The position numbers were made by a program, and so were the translations under genes. Under the pieces are notes generated by a model. It saw nothing but the letters and a program-made list of their open reading frames with translations. It was not told the origin of the DNA and did no database searches. A DNA stretch of 63,714 bases, from positions 8,248,345-8,312,058 of the forward strand of contig NC_068987.1 in NCBI RefSeq assembly GCF_001194135.2, given 5' to 3'. Shown here one piece after another: positions 12,470-23,322 of the stretch. Numbering within the stretch: position 1 is the stretch's first letter; each line of letters begins with the position of its first letter. This stretch comes from Octopus bimaculoides (lineage: Eukaryota).

Positions 12470-12885
12470 GTATATGAAGCACCTATGCTGGTGTCACATT
12501 AAGAGCAGTCATGTTGGCGCTACATGAATAACACCAGTGCTGGTGCCATGTAAAAATCATCCATGCTGGTTCCACGTGTGAAGTGCCTGTGCTGGTGCTA
12601 CACAAAAAGCACCTGTGTTAGTGCAGCATAAAAAGCACCCAGTACACTCTGTAGAGGGGCTGGTATTAAGAAGGGCATCCAGCAATAAAAACCATGCCAA
12701 AACAGACAGCTGGAACCTGGTGCAGTCTTCAAGCTTGCTAAAACTGTCCAACCCATGCCTGCATGGAAAACAGACATGATGATGATGATGATGATGAAAA
12801 TGCATGTCCAAGGTGCCACGCAGTAGGACAGAACCTGGAACCATGTAGTTGGAAAGCAAACTTCGTACCACACAGCCATGCCTGT
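12470..12885. mobile_element. Family C SINE (+, 12470-12795) followed by family A head (-, 12800-12885)
   Basis: aagaagggcatccagc...catggaaaacagacatgatgatgatg, then ccaaggtgccacgcagtaggacagaacctggaacc. Confidence 0.8.
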
Positions 12886-13505
12886 GCTTTCAAATTGTCG
12901 ATTGTATTTTTTATTTTTTAAGACAGTAGACTTTGTATAATTTTAGGAAGATTTGACTGCTATTTCTTGCAAGTTGAGCGTTCACATAGCAGCTTCTGTT
13001 GTTAGTTCAAAGAGTGGGGTGAGGTGTTGAAATGGGATACCATGAAACCCCCACTCCACCCTAGCACTCTAATGTTTTTCAGCTTCATTAACGAGCTCTA
13101 TTTTTAGACAGATTCATCTTTGAGCCTCTATCTAGTCTTACTGCCATAGATATTCCGTATTCTATTTTTGTGTGTGCTGCACACAGTCACGCAATTACTT
13201 GTTCTTGTGGGGGCCAAAATAACTAGCCCTTCCTTGCTTACACATAAATCATTGACCTTTCGGTACAAGGCACAAACTGTGGGTGATGGAAACAATATTA
13301 AAATGAAGAACCTTGTTGTTTAATCATTAAAGTAAATTGCCTGGAATTCCCCAAATTTTCATGTTGTGACCTTATAGTCTGAGAGACGTTTTTTTTTTCT
13401 TTTTCGTACGTGCCTTTTTATTATTGTTCTTGTACTTGTTGTTGTTGTTGTTGTTGAAATCTATGAAGCTTTTATGTGTTGTGTTGTGGATACATTGACA
13501 AACAT

Positions 13506-13906
13506 GGAGGGCAATGGCCCAGTGGTTAGGGCAGCGGACTCGCGGTCATAGGATCGCGGTTTCGATTCCCAGACCGGGCGTTGTGAGTGTTTATTGAGCG
13601 AAAAACACCTAAAGCTTCATGAGGCTCCGGCAGGGGGATGGTGGGGAACCCTGCTGTACTCTTTCACCACAACTTTCTCTCACTCTAACTTCCTGCTTCT
13701 GTTGTGCCTGTAATTCAAAGGGTCAGCCTTGTCACACTCTGTGTCACGCTGAATCTCCCTCAAGAACTACATTAAGGGTACACGTGTCTGTGGAGTGCTC
13801 AGCCACTTGCACGTTAATTTCACGAGCAGGCTGTTCCGTTGATCGGATCAACTGGAACCCTCGACGTTGTAAGCGACGGAATGCCAACAACAACAACAAC
13901 AACAAC
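13506..13906 (+). mobile_element. Full-length SINE family F, tRNA-Arg-like head, (CAA)n tail, 14-bp TSD
   Basis: A box tggcccagtgg, B box ggtttcgattcc, tail ccaacaacaacaac. Perfect direct repeat acattgacaaacat at 13492-13505 and 13907-13920. Confidence 0.93.
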
Positions 13907-14139
13907 ACATTGACAAACATTTTAGGCTCTTTGGGAACTTTTTATTAAAATTATACCAGACACACACACACATACTCATGCGCACACACGCACCTATATA
14001 CATTTATCATCATGGAGGAAATTAGTTTGTCTTGTAGCAATAATAAAATTGTTTCAAATTTTGGCACAAGGCCAGCAATCTCGTATGTGGTGGGGCAAGT
14101 CGATTACATTGACCCTAGTACTTTGTGTGCATTAGTCTT

Positions 14140-14380
14140 ATCTTGACTTCTTGTAATAGCTGTAAATGAGTGCCACTGTTATACAAGCAGTGTCCTTCAT
14201 TTCCAGTGTTCCATGAAAGCATGTCCGGTTATGGGGAGATTATTACCTTACTTGAAAACAGGTGATGGTTGGCAGCAGGGAGAGTATCCAGCTGTAGAAA
14301 ATCTGCCTCAGTAAAGTCTTTCCAACTCATGCAAGCATGGAAAAGAAGACATTAACCTAATGATGATGATGATGATAATA
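14140..14380 (+). mobile_element. SINE family D, 3' half with (GAT)n tail
   Basis: gaaaacaggtgatggttggcagcagggagagtatccagctgtagaaaatctgcctcag...catgcaagcatggaaaag...tgatgatg. Related pieces at 29625-30225 and 40130-40270. Confidence 0.72.
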
Positions 14381-14392
14381 ATAATGATAATA

Positions 14393-14940
14393 TACCAAGC
14401 AGTGGCTCTCATGGCTTCTGATCTTAATTGATTGGAAGTGTTATCATGTACATTGTTTTGTCTTGGTATAAAAAGATGGTCTACAGCAAATATTCTGCTC
14501 AATACCACAGATTTGCTTGTCAATTGTTTGACCTTAACCAGTTGAGCATGTCCCTTAGTGGCTGACGATATTTGCATCTCGGATCATGAGCAGAAGTATT
14601 AGGGGAGCATCATAGCCATGTGTTGAGAGGAATTCTTTGGGGGTTTGAATAATTCACCTCTGGAAACATGGGTGTTTTACTTGTTCATCATCCTTAAACA
14701 ACCCTTATTTAGGGATCTTTTGAGCAGGGTGGGCTACTCGACCTGAAGAAAATTCTAACTGGGCCCCACCTGCAAAGTCATGGTGTGATTATCTTGGTAT
14801 GAGATCACCATGTTGTGTACATATGGTTGTGATGCATGTGCCTGGTGTCCCCTTATCACGTGGGTAGTCATGATGAGTATATTGGGCTTCGTGTATTTTA
14901 CCCCAGTGTCACTTTGATGGCATGCACTGCTCTCTCACCC
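14393..14940. mobile_element. Family G interspersed repeat (~550 bp) flanked by (AAT)n
   Basis: Clear high-identity match to 26316-26724. No ORF or tRNA head recognised. AAT tracts on both sides. Confidence 0.85.
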
Positions 14941-15729
14941 AATAATAATAATAATAATCTTCTGTTCTCTTTCTCCTATCTCTCACTCTCTCTCCTTTTT
15001 CCTTCTCCTCCTTCAATTATGGTTAAAAGAATCAGGTGGGAACTCCCAGAGAAAAGTTCAGTTATTTCTACACAATATACTGGCCTCCTCCATGATGTTT
15101 TGCAGACAGACAGCTAGACATCTGACACTGGAGAGAACAAGTCACCTTATCAACTTCTCTTCTTCTCTCTCCATTTTCCGCTTTTAAAAGTCTGTCTTAT
15201 TTGTTTTTATTCAACATCTTTACCTATTCTTTTTCGTTTTTCTTTATTTACTGTTACTTTTATCATATTTTTCTTTTTATTCCATCTTCTGCCCCCCCCC
15301 CTCTTTTTTTTACTTGTTCATTTTGTTTTTCTTTTGGTTTTTCTTTATTTTCACCATGTGTGAGAGAGAGAGAGAGTATGTGTCTTTCTGTCTCTCACCT
15401 TTCCCCTCTCTTCAATTAGAACTGCCTACCACCACCACCACCACCACAACTAACTAACTACTACTATCACCACTACTGGTATGGCTACTGTTTCCTTGAG
15501 ATCTGGAACTATTTAGTAAGTTTACTTCTGGAAGGTTCTGAACTTTGCTTGGCTATCTTCTGACAGCAGATGTAATTTAACTTGGCTTTTCACTTTGAAG
15601 TCACTTGCTTCAGAACAAGTCAATAAAACAACTTCCCAAATAAGCCGCTGGTTTCTTTGCCTTAAACGCCCTCCTCCTACTGCTCCTCTTTCCTGGCTGC
15701 ATTTCATTTGCTTTGTGTGTGTGTGTGTA

Positions 15730-15768
<39 letters not shown>

Positions 15769-16084
15769 GCTGTTGTCTTTTACTTACCGTAATGTAATTA
15801 TCAAACAGTTCGGTATTGTTACATCATATTTCCTTGCTTCCTTTTGAAGTACGAAATTGTGTGTATATGTATGTGGGTGTGGGTGTGTTTGTGTATGATT
15901 GTATGTCTGTGTGTATGGAGGATTTTATAGACTAGCAGTGATCATGGCTGTGGGTCTGTCTCTCCCTCTTTCTCTCTCTCTCTGTCTCTCACACACACAC
16001 ACACACACACACACAGAGCATAATGTACAAAGAAAGCCACCAGCGGGTAGCCTAAGCCCCACTGGACATCACTGCCTCGACATT

Positions 16085-16260
16085 CCCCCTGGACTGGATC
16101 CTAGGCTGTTGCAGTTTTACCCTTTTACAGCTGAGTGGACTGGGGCAACATGAAATTAAGTATTTTGCTCAAAAACGCAATGCACTGCCTGCTCCAGGAA
16201 TTGAAACCACAATCTTGCAATCATAAGTAAAACACCCTTACCACTAGGCCATGCACTTAA
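16085..16260 (-). mobile_element. CORE-type SINE family E, 5' part
   Basis: Minus strand: tggcctagtggtaaggg...ggtttcaattcctgg...ttgagcaaaatac...ccccagtccactcagctgtaaaa. Confidence 0.75.
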
Positions 16261-16379
16261 CCCATTAAAATGTCAATTAATTGAAAAACTTTGTTTTGCA
16301 TACTTCTTCACATTTGCACACGTTGCCTCCCCCCTCCGCCTTATTTCACACATTATTATTATTCTTGTACTACATGCAT

Positions 16380-16600
16380 ACACTCAGACACACACTTACA
16401 CTCAGACTCACACTCAGGTACACACTCACTCACATTCAAGCAATACTCACTCACACTCAGACACACACACTCACACTCAGACACACACATTCACACTCAA
16501 GCTCACACTTACACTCAGACACTTACATTCAGACTCACACTCAAACACTCACACTCAGGCAACACTCACTCATACTCAAGCACACACACTCAGGCACACA
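16380..16600. repeat. Degenerate (cacactcaga)n minisatellite
   Basis: Repeated cacactca/cacactcagac units, directly visible. Confidence 0.85.
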
Positions 16601-18189
16601 CCACACACTCTATGTATAATAGATAATCCACTAATATCCCATGGCTCTTTGTATGTGTGTGTGTTAGATTTATCCGTCAGCCACTGTTTGACAAGTGTTG
16701 GTTTGTTTACATCTCACTAACTTAGTGGTTTGACAAAGTGACTGATGATATAGCAACCAGACTTAACTACAAAATAACTACTCTGATTGATTTGTCTAAC
16801 CCAACCCTTTAGCATGGCTGCCATCCAATGACTGAAACCAGTAAAGGATGAAAGAAACAGCTCGTTGGAAACCATGCACGTTCACACAATGAAAACACAT
16901 GCTTACATTCTTAAGCACACACACACACACACAATTTGCACAAATGTTTTTGATTTCCCAGATAAAGAGCCAGTAAGGCAATGGCACTACAATAGCCTTA
17001 GTTTTTAAAATATTTGGCCTCTAAAATAAAGGATTTGTGTGAGAAAGAGAGAGAGAGACTTGTGAATTCAGTTTCTGGTTGCTATGCAACAAAAGGAGTA
17101 TTGTGATAAGAAAACCACGAAGTAAATTGTTCCTTCTCTTGTGGTGGTTGTTGTTGTTATTTAACTTCAGATCAGCCCTAAGTTAGCAGGTCTATGACCA
17201 AAGACATTCTGGCCACGACCTTCACGTTTTAAGGGAATACCGTTTCATTGGGCTGCTGTGTGTGTTAATGAAGAAGGATTATAGACCAGCAGTGACCATG
17301 GCAGCGGGTCTTTTCTCCCTTTCTCTTGCATGGCATAATATATTAAGAAAGGCACCAGCCTGTAGCCGTTGACCTCTGACATTACTGTTTTCAGTCCTGG
17401 GGCTCATAGGCCAATTACCTAGTTTCCATGACATATAAGTTCTTCGGGTCAAATACCCATGTAGCGCTTGCCTCCTTAACTCATAGAGGTGTTTGTTACT
17501 GTTGTTGATGTTGGTTACATTTCAATCCTTAACCTCATGAAACGTGTTGTCAATCACATTACAAGAATGGTGTTCTGCAATTCCATTTCCATACCTTTTC
17601 TCTTACTGCTTTTATAGTTCTTAACAAATTACTAAACGTTAGGCGGATAATTATAGGAAATATACTAAAACAAGTCTTGCCTCCACTTTTCGAAGAGACA
17701 AAGTTCTTAAGTGCTACAAGGAATGGGAAGGCTATTTTTATTTTTTGCAGTATTAATGTTGGCTCCTTACATTCTGAGTTCAAATGGGTCACTAAGGTTG
17801 ACTTTGCCATTCACCCATTCAGAGTTGACAAAATAAGTATCAGTTGAACACCGGGTGAGATGGGGTGGGGTTGAGGGTTAGTCAATTAACCTTAACACCC
17901 CACTCCTCCACAAAAAAAAAACAGGTCTTGTGCCTATAATAGAAGGGATTAAGCGCCTCCCCCTCTGGGAGTTCTATTTATTTATCTATTTATTTATTAT
18001 ATCTTTCTCTGTTTTCTTCCTCTGTTTAGACGAACTTTCCTACCTTTTCGGACAAAACTTTTTGTAACCTTCATCCTGTCTTTGTCCTTACATGTTTTTA
18101 ATTGATATTAGCCCTTGTGGCCAATAAAACGAATTAATTATTATTATTATTATTGTCATTATGTTCATTTTTATCATTATTATTGCTGC

Positions 18190-18410
18190 GAGGTGACGAG
18201 CTGGTAGAATCGTTAGCGTTCTGGACAAAATGCTTAGCGATATTTTGCCCATCGCTGTGTTCTGAGTTCAAATTCTGCCAAGGTCGACTTTGTCTTTCAT
18301 CCTTTCGCCATCAATGAACTAAGTACCAGTAAAACACCGTAGTCGATGTAATCGACTATCCCCCCACCCCCAAATTTCAGGCCCTGTGTCTTTAGTAGAA
18401 AGGATTATTA
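18190..18410 (+). mobile_element. SINE family B between (ATT)n tracts
   Basis: ggtgacgagctggtagaatcgttagc...gagttcaaattc...gtcgatgtaatcgac...gtagaaaggattattatt. Confidence 0.88.
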
Positions 18411-19814
18411 TTATTATAATTATTATTATCATTATTGCTGTTGCTACCATTAGAAACATATGTGCTAGTTCTAGTCTTCATCTCTTCGGGGTATGAGATT
18501 ATAATGGTGGTTTCACTACTTCAGGAACTTGAACTTTCTTTTTTTTTTTTTTTTTTTTNNNNNNNNNNNNNNNNNNNNNNNNNNNNNNNNNNNNNNNNNN
18601 NNNNNNNNNNNNNNNNNNNNNNNNNNNNNNNNNNNNNNNNNNNNNNNNNNNNNNNNNNNNNNNNNNNNNNNNNNNNNNNNNNNNNNNNNNNNNNNNNNNN
18701 NNNNNNNNNNNNNNNNNNNNNNNNNNNNNNNNNNNNNNNNNNNNNNNNNNNNNNNNNNNNNNNNNNNNNNNNNNNNNNNNNNNNNNNNNNNNNNNNNNNN
18801 NNNNNNNNNNNNNNNNNNNNNNNNNNNNNNNNNNNNNNNNNNNNNNNNNNNNNNNNNNNNNNNNNNNNNNNNNNNNNNNNNNNNNNNNNNNNNNNNNNNN
18901 NNNNNNNNNNNNNNNNNNNNNNNNNNNNNNNNNNNNNNNNNNNNNNNNNNNNNNNNNNNNNNNNNNNNNNNNNNNNNNNNNNNNNNNNNNNNNNNNNNNN
19001 NNNNNNNNNNNNNNNNNNNNNNNNNNNNNNNNNNNNNNNNNNNNNNNNNNNNNNNNNNNNNNNNNNNNNNNNNNNAGAAGAATTACTGCAAAACTTTCTG
19101 TTCCTTGTGTTGTTGAATTTCAATAATTATACATTTTCTTCTGTCTTTGAACTGAGAAGGTTTTCTATTCCCCCCCCCCTCCTTTTATTTCTCAAACCCA
19201 CTCCTGCCTCAGAATTTCATTTTTGTTTGTTCTTGTTTTATTTTTGTCTTCCTTTGATCTTGATAGAAACTTGCTGAAAATGTGCTTTTGGATACATTTT
19301 ATGGACCCCTCCTTTGTTATGGATACTGTTGCTGGATGGTGCTTTCTTTTACTGTCTCTGGCATCATTGTAGCTGTTGCCATGCCTTTCTCAAAAGATAC
19401 CCACAATAGACTTCTTGGCTACATTGTCTCACTGTTTTATTGCATTCATATGCTAATAATGAGGCCTTCCTAATTGTAGCCCCACCTTCTCTACCCTCAA
19501 CCCCATCCCTTCCTCCTCACTTCTTCCTCCATCCCATCCTATTTTTCTCTACTTCTCTGATTAAAGGTGATTAATAAATCACTTCATCTCTCTTTAAGGG
19601 CATCGTTTCATGTTTCACAGGATGCATGTTTTTCCTTCTGAAATCATGGACAGATCTTTTACTCCTTTACTGGTTCCAGCATCACTTATCTTAGATATAG
19701 TCTTCATATTCCTTATTTACCAATCATATCACAAAAGAAAAGTGTGCCCCTACCACTCCTGTTTTAATTACTTTTATATAATTTACAAAAAATTGTTTGA
19801 GGTTGAACTGAAAT

Positions 19815-20111
19815 TTATCTTTTACATGTTTCAATTATTGTACTGTGACCATGCTGGGGCACTCACTACCTTTGGAGGGTTTAGTTGTAAAAAATTGACC
19901 CCTGTACTTATTTTTATAAAAGATTGGTATTTGTTTTTTGGCCTATTTTGCTATGTTATTTGAACATAAACAAACCAGCAATGGTTATCAAGCAATGTGG
20001 TGGGGCATACACATGTACACTCATGACATCTTGGGCAAGTGTCTTCTACTATATAGAAGTTGACCAAAACCTTGAGTGGATTTGGTAGACAGAAACTGAA
20101 AGAAGCCCATC

Positions 20112-20163
<52 letters not shown>
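19815..20163 (-). mobile_element. SINE family A with inverted 5' segment
   Basis: 3' half on minus (19815-20020); CORE-to-microsatellite segment on plus (20025-20163). Confidence 0.7.
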
Positions 20164-20166
<3 letters not shown>

Positions 20167-20700
20167 CATTTCCATTGCATTTTTATGATTTAAAAAATAA
20201 AAATACTTGTTTTCCTAAGCTAAAACAGTTTTTAATTATAAATTTTATTTCAAATTTATAAAAAAAAAAAAAAAAATGATTTTCTCCATTTTAATTTCAT
20301 AAATTGTCTTTTATAACGGTTTTAAATTAATTTAGTCTTCTGTTACGAACTATTGAGTCTTTATGTCAATTATAGTTCCAGCTTTGAAATAGCTTGTTTT
20401 GGAGTTTCTGTTGGAATCAATTTTACAAATAATGGTAAAGTTGGAGATTTTGAGTTGCTATTGTAAATTTTCCATTGTTTAGGAAATTTTTTTTTAACGT
20501 AATTACTATATAAATAAAAGAGTTAAAGTAATTGAAAAATTGAGCTTCAGTATTGCCCCCCACCTGACCCCTCTCTATCAGTAGCATATTTGATGGCATA
20601 TAAGATGCATGGCCACACCTAATGCACCTCAATTGCAGAGGTGTATTTTCATGAACAAAAATTTATAGTGCATTAAATTATGCAGTATTTTAGGTAACTA

Positions 20701-21205
20701 AGGCAGTGAGGAGCTGGCAGAAACGTTAGCACGCTGGACGAAATGCTTAGCGGTATTTTGTCTGCCGTTATGTTCTGAGTTCAAATTCCACCGAGGTTGA
20801 CTTTGCCTTTCATCCTTTCGGGGTCGATAAATTAAGTACCAGTTATGCACTGGGGTTGATGTAATCGACTTAACCCCTTTGTCTGTCCTTATTTGTCCCC
20901 TCTATGTTTAGCCCCTTGAGGGCAATAAAGAAATAAGAAACGTTAGCATGCCGGGTGAAATGCTTAGCGATATTTTGTCTGCCGTTACGTTTTGAGTTCA
21001 AATTCCGCCAAGGTCGACTTTGCCTTTCATCCTTTCGGGGTCGATAAATTAAGTACCAGTTACGCATTGGGATCAATATAATTGACTTAACCCCTTTGTC
21101 TGTCCTTGTTTGTCCCCTCTGTGTGTAGCCCCTTGTGGGTAATAAAGAAATAAGAAACATTAGCACGCCGGGTGAAATGCTTAGTGGTATTTCGTCCATC
21201 TTTAT
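20701..21205 (+). mobile_element. Head-to-tail array of family B SINE units (2 full + 1 partial), 217-bp period
   Basis: agaaa(c)gttagca recurs at 20719, 20936 and 21153. Confidence 0.92.
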
Positions 21206-22239
21206 CGGATGATACTTCTTACGTGCCACCGGCACGGAAGCCAGTCAAGGTGGCACTGGCATCAGCCATGTTCGGATGGTGCTTTTTATGTGCCTACGTT
21301 TGACAAAGTAATTTGAATGTTGAAGGAGGGAAAGTAACTTTGCATACAGGACCCAGAGTGATTCTAATTCCTGTTTACCTTAACTACAGGGTTAGGGTTA
21401 CTAAACGACCCATAATTAGGGCCCTTGACTGGCATGCCACCCCAGGTTGGAACAGATTGTGGTATAAGGGTGACTGAGTGGGGTAGCTTCATATTCCCTA
21501 AAATTCTTGAGCTCTCAAGCTGGAGCCTCATCACCAGATGGAGTTTGATGTCTTTGTTTTAGTGGCTATCATTTTATAAATGGAAGAATAAAATAATTTG
21601 GGGAACAGGTAAACAAAACCATCTCAAATATAAAAGAAAAAATAAAGAAAACAAAAGCAATTCTCAAAATGAAACAAAACAAAAAAAAAAGGAGTGGTGT
21701 GTTGGGGTCTATATCTTTATAACTCAAGTGCTAAATAACAACTGTTATATGGTAATTGAACATGAAAGGAAATAAGCAAAAAAGACATTTCAAAGTTAAA
21801 AGAACATTTTCAGAAAGGAAATTTTGTTTATGTTAACAGGGAAAAAAAAAAAAAAAAAAGTCCTGAAAATGTATTTTAGAAATTTTTTTTTTTTTATGTG
21901 AGTGTTTGCTCGGAAGATTTGCTTTCTTTTAGAATTTTTGTTATGCCACTATGTGGTTTTTTTTATTTTTATTTATTTTGTTTTTGTGCAGAGGTCATGT
22001 TTTTTTTCTTTGTGTGTGTGTGTTTGTGATGTTGGTGTTTTTAAGTATATGCTTTTGCATAACTCGTTGCATAGAGAAACCTTTTAAAATAGAGGGGGAA
22101 ATAAAAAGATGTCTTGTATCAATGCACAATTGAGCTTTATGAGTTTCACAGTCAAGACATCTCTTTAATCATTTTGTTTCCATCAAGATTTTTATTGGAA
22201 CAAATTGTTGCAACTCAGCTTTTGGAATCAACGCCCCCT

Positions 22240-22278
<39 letters not shown>

Positions 22279-22309
22279 GTCAGTAATTTTTGGGAAATTT
22301 TTGGTTTGT

Positions 22310-22540
22310 CCCTTTAACAATGAAATAATTCTATCAAAACTAATGCTTATTTATTCACATTGTTTTCTATTAATCATGCATTATCTTGTAGCATCCAGAT
22401 TTCAATGAAATGATGTGATTGTTTTATTTTTAGGCTAACATTGTAGGGCAGGTGTGAGAGACCTGATTTTGTAGGCTTAAACATAAAGCAAGTTGAATAT
22501 CAGGACCTCTAGATATGGCTAGTTTAAATACTAAAGGGTT
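22310..22540 (+). mobile_element. piggyBac-type MITE family P2, degenerate
   Basis: Internal sequence (aatgcttatttattcacattgtttt...atgatgtgattgttt...ttaaatactaaagggtt) matches 42278-42496 and 50811-51019. Confidence 0.68.
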
Positions 22541-22559
22541 TTTTTTTTTTTAGTTTTTT

Positions 22560-22940
22560 TTAACTTGTTTCAGTCATTTGACTGCAGCCATGCTGGAGCA
22601 CTGCCTTTAATCAAACAAATAGACCCTACGACTTATTCTTTGTAAGCCTTGTACTTATACTATCAGTCTCTTTTGCCGAACTGCTAAGTTACGGTGATGT
22701 AAACACACCAACATTGGTTGTCAAGCGATGGTGGAGGGAGGACAAAAACAGACACACAAATACATACGTACACATACACACACACACACACACACTCACA
22801 CACACACACACACACACATACACATAGAACAGGCTTCTTTCAGTTTCCATCTACCAAATCCACTCACAAGGCTTTGGTTGGCCGAAAGCTATATATAGTA
22901 GAAGACACTTGCCCAAGGTGCCACACAATGGGACTGAACC
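22560..22940 (-). mobile_element. SINE family A
   Basis: acttgtttcagtcatttgactgcagccatgctggagc through gcccaaggtgccacacaatgggactgaacc. Confidence 0.9.
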
Positions 22941-23038
22941 TATCAAAGTCGACATCAGATGAGTGGCATGAAATTTTTGGCACCAAAAGCGCTATGCCAA
23001 TACATCTCATACTTGAGGTCTTTGTAGTCATTTTCTCT

Positions 23039-23175
23039 TTAACTTTTAGCTCACTGTAGGTGAATCATATCGCCATACAAATTTTCTCCCTTCTCAGTGC
23101 AACACAATATCCCTGCAGCTGCAAGAGAGAAAACTTGTATGGTGATATGATTTGCCTAAGTGTGCTGAAGGTTAA
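23039..23175. mobile_element. 137-bp foldback MITE with TTAA ends
   Basis: TTAA at 23039-42 and 23172-75. Arms ttaacttttagctcactgtaggtgaatcatatcgccatacaaattttctc / gagaaaacttgtatggtgatatgatttgcctaagtgtgctgaaggttaa are near-complementary. Confidence 0.78.
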
Positions 23176-23266
23176 AATTCTTAGCTTGTGGCTAAAATTG
23201 AAGGTTTCATTATAACTATATGTTCTGATTTCTTCATTAAAGAATTGTCATTTAACACATAAAGCA

Positions 23267-23322
23267 TGACGGGCCACGGTTGTGGCCGTCAGGCACAGGT
23301 CGACCGGCTACAATCGTGGCCC
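23267..23322 (+). other. GC-rich hairpin, pre-miRNA-like candidate
   Basis: gggccacggttgtggccgtc pairs with gaccggctacaatcgtggccc (2 G-U, 1 bulge), 11-nt loop. The structure is seen; the function is not known. Confidence 0.4.

Noticed and set aside
13506-13580. tRNA gene (Arg-like A and B boxes)
   Set aside because: It is a SINE head: no complete cloverleaf acceptor stem, and it continues into a SINE body with tail and TSD.
20701-21205. Retrozyme or CRISPR-like interpretation of the 217-bp array
   Set aside because: No CUGANGA...GAAA core in the unit, no unique spacers, and the context is eukaryotic.
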